Positions 10,953 through 22,954 of a stretch of 64,000 nucleotides of DNA are shown piece by piece; positions within the stretch are counted from its first letter, which is position 1, and every line of letters starts with the position of its first letter. The notes beneath the pieces were generated by a model. That model worked only from the letters and a program-made list of their open reading frames with translations, ran no database searches and was not told where the DNA came from. Position numbers and translations under genes: made by a program. Source of the stretch: Gammaproteobacteria bacterium (lineage in GTDB: Bacteria > Pseudomonadota > Gammaproteobacteria > Eutrophobiales > Eutrophobiaceae); NCBI GenBank assembly GCA_963422205.2, contig CAXMWX010000005.1, positions 772,316 through 836,315 of the forward strand, read 5' to 3'.

Positions 10953-13235
10953 ATGAAATTAAAGTTAAGTGTTCCCAAAGATAAAAGTCACGAAGATGTG
11001 GCTACTTGTGTTGCTTGGACTAATGCAGATGGAGTACTGTCAGGAGGAGATGATCACAAAATATTACGATGGAATCTTTTGACTGGAGAGCACACGGTAG
11101 CATGCAAACTGCCTTCAGATGTATACCCTACTCACATGTCACTTTTGCCCAGTCAGTCAAAAAGTGGTAAAAGTCAGGCATCAGATGTGATTGCGGTCAC
11201 TAGCTCTGATGGAAAATATCTCATTCTCTCTGGTGCTGGTCGCATTGAAAAAAGCGTAGAAGCTCACAAAGGAGCTGTTTTAAGTGGAAAATGGAGCTAT
11301 GATGGCAATGCGTTTTTGACAGCTGGTGAAGACGGCCAGATAAAAATATGGTCTCGATCAGGTATGCTTCGTTCCACTCTTGTGCATTCAGTGATTAGCA
11401 TTTATTCGGTTGCATGGAGTCCAGAGTCTGATCAAGTTTTATACACTTTTGGTAAAGAGTTGGTTATCAAGCCACTGCAGCCATCAGGCAAGGTTGTAAG
11501 TTGGAAAGCTCATGATGGAGTTGTATTGACAGTGGACTGGAATTCGGTCACTAATTTGATACTTTCTGGTGGAGAAGATTGCAAATACAAAATATGGGAT
11601 TGCTATGGACGACCTCTTTATTCAAGCACTTCACACGATTATCCAGTTACCTCAATTGCGTGGTCTTTTGACGGCAATGTATTTGCTGTTGGATCTTTCA
11701 ACAGCCTTCGTCTTTGCGATAAATCAGGTTGGTGCCATGGTCTGGAACGAACATCCACTGGAAGTATTATGAATGTAGCTTGGAGTGATGACTGTACTCA
11801 AGTTGCTGCTGCTTGTTTTGATGGTAAAGTTGTTTTTGCTCATTGCATTGAAAAGCACTTACATTGGCATGAATTTGAAGTTGTTCAAGTTAGCAGGAAG
11901 ACTGTCACTGTTCGAAATGTTTTGAACGATGCTTCTGATATAGTGGAAATGAAGGATAGGGTAATTATGGTTTCACTTGATTTCAGCCATTTGATTATTG
12001 TGACCTCTTCTCAGTGCCATGTTTACAGCACCAACAACTTCAACACCCCTTCCATATTTGAACTTCGTTCAGGCGGGGTTTCCTTTATCAAGCAAGCTCA
12101 AAAACACTTTTTGTTAAACACTGGAGCTGGTATTTTTGTGTATTCATACGAAGGACGTCAGTTGTGCAATCCCAAAATCCCTGGCAGTGTAAACACATCA
12201 CTTTTAAGCTATCGATCTGTGTCTTTGAGTAATGATGTTTTAGCAATAAAGGCAGGCCAGGATGAAAGATCAGTTTTGCTTTTTGATGCTGTCACTGGAA
12301 AGTTTGTTGGTGATGGCTCTCCACTTGTTCATAAGCTAGAAATTCAAGACATTCATTTGAGTAAGGTTGGATCAGTGGTTGATCGTTACTTGGCTTTGAT
12401 TGATAAAAATCATGACGTTTACCTTACATCGGTTCAAAAATCTGGTGCTGATTACAATCTCGTTAAACTTGCTTCAATGGTACAATCTTTGGAGTGGAAT
12501 ACATCTGTGAATATGCTTTGTGGTCTGTGTGATTCAAGTGTAATGGTGTGGTTTTACCCTCCTGTTGTTTTTATCGATCAAGCAATCTTGCCATTAACTC
12601 TGTATCAAAAAGAGCACAACGAATTAGGCAAAAACCCAACTCTTTCTTCGTATTATGAAAATACTGTTCGGGTTTCTCGAGAAAACGGATCGTTGGTATA
12701 TGTACCGATAACACCTTATCCAGCTATTTTACATCGCCTGGTAGCGTCAGGCAAATGGAATGAGGCCGTCAGACTGTGCCGTTTTGCAAAGGAGAAAACG
12801 CTTTGGGCTTGTCTCGCTTCCATGTCAGTTAAAGAGAAAGATCTCAACACCGCCGAAGTGGCGTATGCTGCTATTGAAGAAGCTGACAAAATTGAGTGCA
12901 TTGGTGACATCAAGAGTCTTCCTTCTAAAGATGCGAGAGCAGCAGAAATGTCCCTTTTCTGTGGGCACATCACTGAACCTGAAGCTGCGTTTTTGCATGC
13001 TGGAATGATCTACCGAGCTATACAACTGAACATGGACTTATTTCGTTGGGAAAGAGCGCTGGATTTGGCAATAAAGCACAAAACTCACGTCGACACTGTT
13101 CTGTGGTTTAGGCAAGTGCATTTGCAAAGATTGAACCGCAGTGAAACCAATCAAAAATTTAAAAAATTTTCCCACGGAGTTGAATTAAACTGGGAAAATA
13201 TACAAGCAAAGATAGAACAAGACCTCACGGGCTAG
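10953..13235 (+). CDS. IFT80: Intraflagellar transport protein 80 (WD40 repeat IFT-B subunit), 760 aa, single-exon CDS
   Basis: Uninterrupted ORF from ATG 10953 with recognisable IFT80 motifs: GEDGQIKIWSRSGMLRSTL, WKAHDGVVLTVDW, ILSGGEDCKYKIWDCYGRPLY, FAVGSFNSLRLCDKSGW, WERALDLAIKHKTHVDTVL. Confidence 0.96.
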   Translation: MKLKLSVPKDKSHEDVATCVAWTNADGVLSGGDDHKILRWNLLTGEHTVACKLPSDVYPTHMSLLPSQSKSGKSQASDVIAVTSSDGKYLILSGAGRIEKSVEAHKGAVLSGKWSYDGNAFLTAGEDGQIKIWSRSGMLRSTLVHSVISIYSVAWSPESDQVLYTFGKELVIKPLQPSGKVVSWKAHDGVVLTVDWNSVTNLILSGGEDCKYKIWDCYGRPLYSSTSHDYPVTSIAWSFDGNVFAVGSFNSLRLCDKSGWCHGLERTSTGSIMNVAWSDDCTQVAAACFDGKVVFAHCIEKHLHWHEFEVVQVSRKTVTVRNVLNDASDIVEMKDRVIMVSLDFSHLIIVTSSQCHVYSTNNFNTPSIFELRSGGVSFIKQAQKHFLLNTGAGIFVYSYEGRQLCNPKIPGSVNTSLLSYRSVSLSNDVLAIKAGQDERSVLLFDAVTGKFVGDGSPLVHKLEIQDIHLSKVGSVVDRYLALIDKNHDVYLTSVQKSGADYNLVKLASMVQSLEWNTSVNMLCGLCDSSVMVWFYPPVVFIDQAILPLTLYQKEHNELGKNPTLSSYYENTVRVSRENGSLVYVPITPYPAILHRLVASGKWNEAVRLCRFAKEKTLWACLASMSVKEKDLNTAEVAYAAIEEADKIECIGDIKSLPSKDARAAEMSLFCGHITEPEAAFLHAGMIYRAIQLNMDLFRWERALDLAIKHKTHVDTVLWFRQVHLQRLNRSETNQKFKKFSHGVELNWENIQAKIEQDLTG

Positions 13236-13451
13236 CAGGTATGTTCTAACAGCGAAGTATTAGTATTGTTTTAGTATTCAGTGCTTTTGCGTGTTGCGAT
13301 AGTTTACACGTACTGGTGCTTACTTGTCTCTAAGACAGACATTTTTTGTGAAACTTTTTCGCCTGCACTGTTATTTTCATTGTAATAGTTGTTACAAAAG
13401 TATTTCGGCTCTATTGCTATTTGAATGATTTTTAGTTTAGCGCTTAAACAA

Positions 13452-13758
13452 CGCTGATGCCTAGTGGTAAGAGCGTACGCCTCTGGAGTTGTAGACACTG
13501 GTTTGATTCCGAATCGGGTTAAACCAATGACATTAAAATTGCTATTCACAGCTTCCCTGCTTGACGTTCAGCATTAAAGGAATAGTGTGGACAAAAAACC
13601 GGCAAGTTTACTTGTTGTGCCGTTGGGAAGGGCACTAAGCGGGATCCCCCCATTTTGGTGTGGTAGACAGATGGCTGGCAACTCCAAAGCGAGCTCGTTA
13701 AAGCGCTTTGATCACTTTCTCGTGTTAGGAGGATAAATATGCTTGCAACTAAACTAAC
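13452..13758 (+). mobile_element. tRNA-derived SINE family A, full length (also ~31447-31758 and ~48796-49050; tail-only fragments ~4500-4580 and ~23975-24062)
   Basis: A box TGGCCGAGTGG (clearest at ~48804), B-box-like GTTTGATTCC, conserved body and GCAACTAAA tail across copies. Confidence 0.8.
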
Positions 13759-15821
13759 ATTTTTATTTGCAGTAAGACCTTTAAGTAGATTTCGTTGAAA
13801 AAATACTGACATGGCGAAGTAATAGTCTTTTTTTCTGTGGTTTAACTCATTTTTTATTGTTGTAAATGTTATTAAAGTTTTTCATTTTGATCTAACTGTC
13901 CAGTGCCTCCAGCAGAGATTTCTACAAAAACGTATCTCTGTAGTGCTGCGCTGATTTAGACTGTGACAAACTATCGGCTTTGTTTGTATGAATATATGAC
14001 TCTTCTATTTGCAAATATGCGGCGTGCTACAATTGATTGCTCTGTAGCAGGTTTTCAGCTGCATTTCTTTTTAAAATAACATTTTAAGCCTTTTAATTTG
14101 TTTTTAGGCTACTCACTGGAATCGCATGGAGAACTCCATGTATGAGCATGGTGAAAAGTGCAAGTAGATTTTATGGCGGTATTGCTTCATTGTCAACTTT
14201 TCTGACTCTCTTAAGCGTTGTTTTATTTCGCATTTTTTTATCGACAATTTCTGAAGCTTTTTATATTTGTTATGGCAAACTGTAAATTGTATTTTCAAAA
14301 AGTTATTTTGTTATGCGATTAACCCTTGTCTTTTTGTAAGCGATAGGCTAAAATGGGACTGACCTATGACCATAGCTTTGACACAATGAAATCTTGAATT
14401 CAGTTTTTGTTTCACCAAAAAAATTCTACGGTTCTATTAGGTTTAATAAGCGTAGAATGTAGATGACGTGTTTTTGGGCCGTGTCACCGTGGTAGCTTCG
14501 TTTTTTTTTTTTACTTTTTTTTGACTCCGGAGAAATAAAAACGGTCTGCGTTTTTAAAAACTGTTTGACGTCACAGTTCGGAATGTATCATTCGTTGGTG
14601 TTCAGTCTGTATGGAAATTGCATTTTCTGTCAAAAATCGTTAGCTTAATTTCAGTTTCAACAGAGGTAAAGTTATGTCCAAATGTTTGTCATGCAAGAGG
14701 TAATAATCAACTGTATTAATCGCATGAATCTTTTTTTCGGGGGGGGCGCGTACGTCTTTATGGGATTTAGTGATTGATTTTTAGCTAAGATCTTTCGTGA
14801 GTTAGTTTTCTTTTGCACGGAGATAACATGTATCTAGTTCACTGAAAGCTGGCGGTGAATTTGTTGAAACTTGCTGTATTATGCTGTATGCTTCTGCTTT
14901 AGTTTAAATTTTTTTTCTTGCTGTCTATATTCCTGTGCTCGGCTGTTTTTTTAAGCATTCTAAAATGCCTGTGTATTACGATGTGCAGACGAAAGGTGCT
15001 CAAGGAATAGTGCTGAACTGCTCGTTTACATATTTTTGAATTTCGAGTGCAAGTTCTACGGCAAAAAGCGCAATTCGTAAACGTCACAACTCGTCTTTTA
15101 ATGATTTTCATTACGAGGTTGTTTCTGGTTTGTTTTAAATTTTTAGAGTTTTGATTGTTTTGACGCGAGTAAACTGCAATGGTTTGACCCAACCCTTACT
15201 CTCTTAAACGTAGATATTTCCGGTTTTCAGTGGTTCTACAGTACATTAAGTTGCATAGTAATGCCCAAACTTCTAGCTTTTTTTATCATAAATTTGTTTC
15301 CAGCGATATTTAACATTAGAGATAATTTTGGAAGTAGCCCTATTTACATAAGCTTCGGTACGAATTTCTAGCTCAATTGGTAAAATTTTGTTTTTGTTTT
15401 GCTACAAATCTTGTTACTGTGATGTTTGTTATGTTATTTATAGTTTCTAACTGGGTTGTACAAAACAATAATGAAATTTTTGAAAAAATTAGTTTTACCC
15501 TGGAACTGACTTCAGACTTCTGTTGTATATACTGTAGCTCTGCACATTAAATTGACTTTAGTTAAGATTGGTTTAGTTAGAGTTAGACGTACCAAGTTGT
15601 GATTGTAAAGTTGTCCTTTAAAAATCTTAATGAAGAAGTTCTGCTTCTCACAACTTTCTACGGTTAGCGCGAGCGATTTAATCTCGTAAACACGGTTTAA
15701 AATGCACCATCGATTTGTGTGTAAATGGTCAATTTAGGCAGTTTTGCTTTTACTTGCATCGCAAAGCCCAACTTTGTCTGCGACATTTTGCGTGGTGGTG
15801 CCGCGCATGGGTAGACTAAAT

Positions 15822-18691
15822 CAGGGGTCCGTAAATACTTTTTGGCGCGACCCCAAAAAATTGCCCTAAATTCACGCGACCCGAAAAATTTGGAAGCGTT
15901 ATTTTTGTTAACATTATTTATTTTAATTACTAATTTTAAGGCTACTGTCAAACGCAGCAATTTTTACAAACAGGAGAAAGTTAGCATCGTCGTAAAGAAT
16001 GAACCATTGCGTTTATTCTTCTAGTGAGAAGTATGAGCTTTGCATTTAGAACACAATAAGCAAATTCGCGGATTGATGCGGGAGACGATCCAAAATAGAG
16101 TGAACGGTTCCGGTTTGGAAAGTCAAAACTCGCGAACTGTGCAAATCCAATCCAAGTTTTCCCATTATATTCAGTCATAAAATCTTTGCTGTTCTTTCGT
16201 GTATATAGCGGGTTTGGCCGCTGTCCGTGTTTTTGAATCATTCGTTATTTAGCAGTTTCTCAACATTTGTTTATGACGACCCAAAATACCAGTAGATAAA
16301 ATTGATTAAAATAAAGTTTTATGTTCAAGTCCAAGAAATGCAGGCCGAGTTCAATTCCGAGATAGACGAAATGTTACGTGTACAAAATATTTCTAAAGTT
16401 TATGGAAGGCTTATCACTGTACAGTCCGCAAGTTGCCACCGCGCTAATACTTTTTGATGTTGTGCTTGCTATGTTGCTGTCAATAGGCACTAAATATGAA
16501 ACAAAAAAGTGAATAGTTAGGCTATCTCATCGTTAATGATTCTGCTCAAAGAACTTATAATGTTTTTAGCATCTTTTTTGCGAAATATTGAACTGCCTAA
16601 CAGCCTAGCTGTTAAGCTAATCCTAATTTGGTCAGGCATTTTTCTGTTTAGCCACTTATTTGTGTATGCTTTATCAGACTACTAACCTAAAAACCGCAAT
16701 GCGCTTATATCATCCCTCAGATGCCAATAACACAGCTCAAAGTGAACTGAGATGCGCTAACAGTGACTAGCAATCAGTGGCGCACGCAGGATTTTTCAAT
16801 GGGGAGGGGTTTCAGTGACGTTACATCGTGATGACGTAAAACACTACGAAATACTACGTCATCACGATGTGACGTCACTGGCAGTGTCAATTTAGATTTT
16901 TAACGTTTATAATAATTTTTCATCAAACATAGCGTAGTGTTACAGATGTCGCTATCAATGTGGAAGATTTTGGATATAATTCCCAGGCCGGTCAAATCAG
17001 ACTATGTAGCCAACGGCTCGCGAGCCTGCGACGTTTCTTCGGACCTGTGTTGCCCAAGCGCTAAGACGCGGGATCGGACCCCGCCACTCGCTACCATGCT
17101 TCGGTATTGCAGCGAGTTTAATGAAAGAAGTATAATCAAGATTTGATTTAATTTAATAAAAAGATTTTTGTGCAGCCATAGCTACTGCAGAGACACCGTA
17201 TTTAAAGGAAACTCCTACTAACCAACTGCTTCACAGCAGCAGCATCAATGACAAAAATGCAGTTCAAGTAAAACACATGAAAAGTTGGACTACCATTGTT
17301 GCATATCGCATCGTAATGAAAGTTTCCCGAGATTAAATTTGAAAGTTGGACCGAACAGAAAAAACATAATAGCAATTTCGGCAAGCTCCGCACGAAGAAA
17401 AGTCGGTTTGTTTCAAAATTATATAAGAATTAATTTTTTCTGCTATTGTCAAGGGGGAGGTGACTCCCGGCCACCTCCCTTGCATACGCCACTAGGGGTC
17501 ATCTTAGCGACTGGGGAACACAGAAACGTCGCAGCATTGGCGAGCTGTTGACGAGACTGTGCCGATTTGACCGGCGCGCGAATCAAGCCCCAGACCTTTC
17601 GCACCGATAGTCTGTGCGCTTGCCCACTAAGCTAACGACCGGTACCAGCCCACAAATCGAACCCAAAACCTCCCGAGCCGATCGCGATGTCTTTGGTTAC
17701 CCCCAACTGGGTGGTATGGTTAACTCAAAGTTGTGACATCGCAAGCAGAACATCCGCCTACCTTGCAACCATTTTCTGCGCTGGAACGTTGTGTTGTCCA
17801 GCCTTGATAGCCGTTGAAAACAATCGCTTGATGACATCACAATACGACTCCAGCTTTAACAATACCCATTGACTTTGTCCTGGCTTGAATTTTGTGTTAG
17901 TCGTTGGTTCAAGCGCAACCCACCAGAAAAGTTTGACTACCGGAATTATTGCATCACAATGAAAGTTTCTCTAGATTAATAAGCAAGTTGGATAGCACAG
18001 AAAACATGATAGCAATTTCGGCAAACTCTATATGAAAAAAGGCGGATCGTTTCAAAAAGAGAGGTTTTTATTGTTTTTTAAATCGTCGATGGGAAAGGGG
18101 TTTGACTCCCTGTGCGTACGCCACTGCGTATATGCCATTAAAGGAAACTCCTATTTATTTATTTATTGCTTCACAGCAACAGAAATGACAAAATGCGGTT
18201 CAAGCGACACATCGCAAAAGTTAACCTACTGTTACATCACAATCATAGTATCTCGAGATTAGAAAAGAAAACTGAATGGAACGGACGAAGCGTTGGAAAT
18301 TTTTGCAAGCTCGAAGAAAAGGCGAACAAAAAGCGCATCATTTTAAAAAAGTTAAGTTTTTACTGCATCTCTAATCGACAAGGGGGGGAGGTTTGACCCC
18401 CGAAACCCCCCATTGCGTACACCACTGCTAGCAATAAAGACGTGGAAATTCTACATGCAGCGCCCAATTAGTTATTATTCGTTACAATCAACACTTGTTG
18501 CGGAAGAATCATATTTTAAAACTTATCACTCAAAAGATAGTCAAAGAGTTCCAAACAAAAAAAAAACTGAAGCAAAAAAATGTCATCATGTCAAAGTGAT
18601 TATGTAGACCTACGTTTAAAATTTTTGCGACCCAAAGTCGAAGGTGTCGTGACCCAAATTTGGGTCGCGACCCACTATTTGCGGACCCATG
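15822..18691. mobile_element. Non-autonomous hAT element (Buster/Charlie-like target site) with nested insertions
   Basis: TIRs CAGGGGTCCGTAAATA / TATTTGCGGACCCATG, subterminal CGCGACCC motifs, perfect TSD GACTAAAT (15814-15821, 18692-18699). Confidence 0.8.
16775..18427. mobile_element. hAT-type MITE with triplicated 3' end and an internal palindrome
   Basis: CAGTGGCGCACGCA...TGCGTACACCACTG; perfect TSD CTAGCAAT; terminal unit repeated, ending at ~17494, ~18126 and 18427. Confidence 0.75.
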
Positions 18692-18699
18692 GACTAAAT

Positions 18700-20389
18700 C
18701 ATTGCTCTTCAACCAGAGTGCACGGTGAACCTTAGGGTTCACGACAACTGCCACTGGAGTGCATGAGTGAAATAGGGTGCATAGGGGTTCACTACAAAGA
18801 TTTTTGTTAAGGTTGATTACGGATGAAGACATTTTCTTAGGTGAAACTTGTAGAAGAAATTTCGCTATTAGGCCTACCGGTATACCAATAAATTGATTAA
18901 AAGTTGTTGCTATTACACATATATATAAATATAGCCTATTGGGAAAAGCGGTTATGTGGGGTAAAGCGGACATCTCCATGCTATCACAAAACCAAAAGTC
19001 AAGAATTCTTTTTTTGTGCCTAACAGCTAGAATTAACTGCAAAAGCTTTGACAACACTGCTTTTCTTTGTTTCGAGGTAATCAACTTTTAGTCTTTTATG
19101 CAGTTGTGATGTAATAAAGATGTAGCATAAAGAGGATATTTCTGTGGTTTTATTATGAATTTTTGAAAGGTTTTTTAGTTTTTGACAGTTATTAATGCTT
19201 TACCCTTGCACCAGATTTCATTCGTTGAAGGTTAGTGTTTTTTTTTTTTTTTTCGGAATGTAGCATTTACATAAATTTCAAGATTGCAACTACACAGGAT
19301 TTGATTATTTTTTTTTATACTTTGCTCCAGGGGCGCACCCAAAAAATTTCAAATGGGAGGGGGTCTAAAAAAAAAGTCGATCCCGCACTCAGGAGCGGAT
19401 CCAGCAAATTTTGGTAGGGAGGGGATGAAATTTTGAATTAGCTGAAGAGTCAACTAAATACAAAGACGTTAAACCCCAAAAAAGCGTAAAAAGCCCTTTG
19501 AAATGTTTTCATGTTTGCATCGTATTCAAGAACTTTTTTCAAGGAGGGGGCACCCAATTTTGCCATATTTTCAAGCATAGTTTTTTCGGGCAGAATCATT
19601 TTAAAGGATATCGAGAATAAAAAAAGTTTTAGAGGGGTCCGGGGGCATGCTCTCCCGGAATTTTTTTGAGACTTTACATACTGTAGCCTAGTAGCCATTT
19701 TAGCACCTTTTGAACCATTTTTAGGCAAATTCATCAAACATGATGCAAATATGTTTCACCAAATATCAGCAGCATTTTGTTTATGCATTTTCAATTATGC
19801 GTGCTTAGGGCGAAAGGCTTATTGTTATCAAAAAGGTTCAAAATCATGGAAAAACTGTATTCATCAAAAAACATGTTTGAAAATGGCTGGTGGGGGGATG
19901 CATCCCTTTTGGATTCACCCATGCTCGCACTGATAACAACATCTCTTACCACTACACCAACCAGTCGATTTGGTTTGATGCGGGGCAAATTCTGTCAAAG
20001 CTGTTTTGAAATATTAGCACGTGCTACACTTGCATAGTTTGGACACTTCACTTTAAAAACAAGGGTTCGGTTTCAAAAGGAGAGGTTTTGACCCCCCCCC
20101 GCCTGGGTGCGCCACTGCTTTGCTCACTTTTTATGTGTATTGTGTATTTTGCATAAATGTGTTTTGATAGGGTTTTTGCATAACTGTATTATCAATTTCT
20201 CGCCTATTGCTTTTTTAATCTATACCTATGTCTATAATACCAGTAGGTCGTGATAGTTTAAGGATACTCAATAGAAATTGCGGGTTTCGCAAAGCTTTTT
20301 TAGACTTTGAGTAATTTTATCGCAAGAGTGCATGAAATATAAAGTATTTTTGCGAAGGTGCACGAGAGAAAAATGGTTGAAGAGCCCTG
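18700..20389. mobile_element. Non-autonomous hAT element containing nested MITEs (19328-20117 and 19390-19923)
   Basis: TIRs CATTGCTCTTCAACC / GGTTGAAGAGCCCTG; TSD GACTAAAT (18692-18699, 20390-20397); nested TSDs CTTTGCTC and CCCGCACT/CTCGCACT. Confidence 0.8.
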
Positions 20390-20406
20390 GACTAAATAAC
20401 AGATTA

Positions 20407-22834
20407 CACTGGGCAACAAATTTTTTTAGAAATGTGTTTAACATAAGACCATAATGTTTTTTTATGTTTTGGGGGGCGCTGATTTAGAAAATGATAATGA
20501 AGTTACAATTTCATGTTGGTGTAATACAAAACTTATGGCTATTATAATTCGACATATTACACACAAAATTTAAACAACTCACAAATATGCAATTCAAAAG
20601 CACTGCAATGTCAAATATTAAAAATGGACATTTAAATAACTTTTTCGCTTGTATGTGGTGTTGCATTTCCGCACTAAATTCCATACATAGTTTACCATCA
20701 TGGCTTTGTCTCACCTCCCTTGATAGCGCTTTTCCATCACTTGGATAACTCGGTGAAACCTTTCACCATGCTCTTCACTTGCGCTTCCCAAGTTGTCTCG
20801 AAAGAAATCCAAGCGAGAATGCAAAAGATGCAACTTGAAGGACATGCGGCAATCAAGCTTTTCATAACTTTTAATCAAATTTGACACCAACATTGCATAG
20901 TCGTCTCTTTCATGTTTTCCTAGAAATCCTTCCACAATCACTCTCAAAACTTGCCAAGCATTTCTTTCCAAATCAGGCATTAGTCCCTCCAGCCCTTCAG
21001 ATGCCAACATTCTTCTTATTTGTGGCCCCACAAATATACCTCCTTTGACTTTTGCCTCAGATATGCTTGGGAATAACTGTCTAATATAGCGAAAGGCACG
21101 GCTTGTCGGTTTCAAGCTCTTTACAAACTGTTTGGCCAGTCCGAGTTTACTATGCAATGAAGGAAGTAAAATCTTGCTCCTTTCTATAAGAGGTGAGTGT
21201 GGAAGCCTGGTGTGAGATCTTCGCAAGGTGACCAGTTTTGACCACGTAGTGCTGCTCATCCGCTCTGCTATTCCACAAACAAAGAAAACAAGAATGTTTC
21301 GTATAAACCTCCTTGCAATCCCAAAAAAATGCTATCATTTTGAAATTTCCACAAACGTCTCAATTATGATTAATGTATCGAAATAATTCAAGTAATACTT
21401 TTACGGATTCACTATCTTCCTTCATTGGACCAGAATGTGCAATTGAAATGGATGGATACACATCACCATTATGTAGAAGAACAGCTTTCAAACTTTGCTT
21501 TGAACTGTCAATGAATAAACGCCAATCCAAAGCTGAGTACACAGTGCCAATCTCCTGAAACAAGCCCTGTGTGTCAGTACAATAACAAAGTGAAGGATGA
21601 TCCGAATCCGAGGGCATTGTATAGAAATTTGCAAAGGTCACGTGCCGTTTTCTTGGCATGGATATCTTGCATGAAGGAGCAAGCAAATTCCACTCTTTGA
21701 GGCGGGAAGAAAGTATCTCTGCTTTTGCTTTTGTAAGACCTAAGTCTCTAGATAAGTAATCTAATTCATCTTGATTCGGAAAATGAGGATCTTTGCTGGA
21801 ACAATTAGTGTCAACCTCAAAACCAGTATCGTCATCTTCCGATGAGGTTAATGATATAGCATGCGTTGTTGAAGGTTGAGGAATAGGCAATTCTGCGCCA
21901 TGGTTGACAGGCGCAATGGATCAAGGTATAATTGGATAAACAATCTTATTCCTATCCTTTGTTTTTTTGTATTTGGAAATATCCACCATGCAGAAATAGC
22001 AGTTATCATGATGATTAGTGAATTCTCTCCAGATTCGGGGAATCGCAAACGGCATACATTTACGACATCCTTTTAATGTGGATCTGCAACTTCCACAGCC
22101 AAAATGTGGGGCCCAAGATTTATCTTAGTTACCCGTCTTCATGCCAAAATATGCCTCATAGGCTTTGAAGAATTTTGTTTCTGATATGATTTTGTGCTTC
22201 GTTTGCCGTGGATTAATGTAGTAGCCACAAACGTAGCAGAAACAGTCAAAACTAATTTTGCGGGGTCTTTTTAGACTCATATTTACTGAAGAATTTAAAA
22301 TGTCAATAGCACTAGATTTAACCTTCAAAATCAAATAAAATATAGCATATTTCTAAACTAAGCAACTTCACTGTAGGACTAACTTGCAATATGTCAAGCA
22401 GTTAAACTAAGAGCAATTGCTGCCAGATTCAACGATCCACCTAGAATAATATGCCTACAGCCTACTCTGTCTTGTTGGCTGTCCTGGCACTGGACCCAGT
22501 TCAGACACGTGCATTAGAAGCCCGCCAAAATTGTGTCGAATCACGTGAGAGTGAATGACAATTTGCTTATTTACATCTTTAACACCATTTAGAGAGTGAT
22601 AAAAACAATAGCAAAATGTCATAAATGATATAATACAAGACTGAAAAGTACTGTAAATGTCACGTATTACTAAAATTGTATAATTATTTCGTATATTAGG
22701 AACTTCAATTTGTTGTAAATATTTTCAAAACCATTGACACTACGCGAAAACTAACTCCAAAATCGGCATCAGCGACCCCCAAAACATAATAAAACACTCA
22801 AAAAAAGAGATTAACAAAAAATTGTTGCCTAGTG
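20407..22834 (-). mobile_element. Chapaev3-type (CMC superfamily) DNA transposon, both ends present, transposase decayed
   Basis: CAC...GTG termini (CACTGGGCAACAAATTTTTT / AAAAAATTGTTGCCTAGTG), TTA TSD on both sides, shared subterminal TTATGTTTTGGGGG.CGCTGAT; frameshifted transposase pieces FCYVCG...YEAYFG, WRLFIDSSKQSLKAVLLHNG, LHSKLGLAKQFVK, EEHGERFH...MEKRYQG. Confidence 0.8.
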
Positions 22835-22954
22835 TTATTCGCGATGAGTTTAATGAGGGGCTGGAGCTGATCGCGCATGACATTTTCGGGTCGTCGCTGA
22901 TTCAAAGAGTGTAAGCTCACTTCGTAGTCTCCATCAAAACACTGTGGACTTTTC

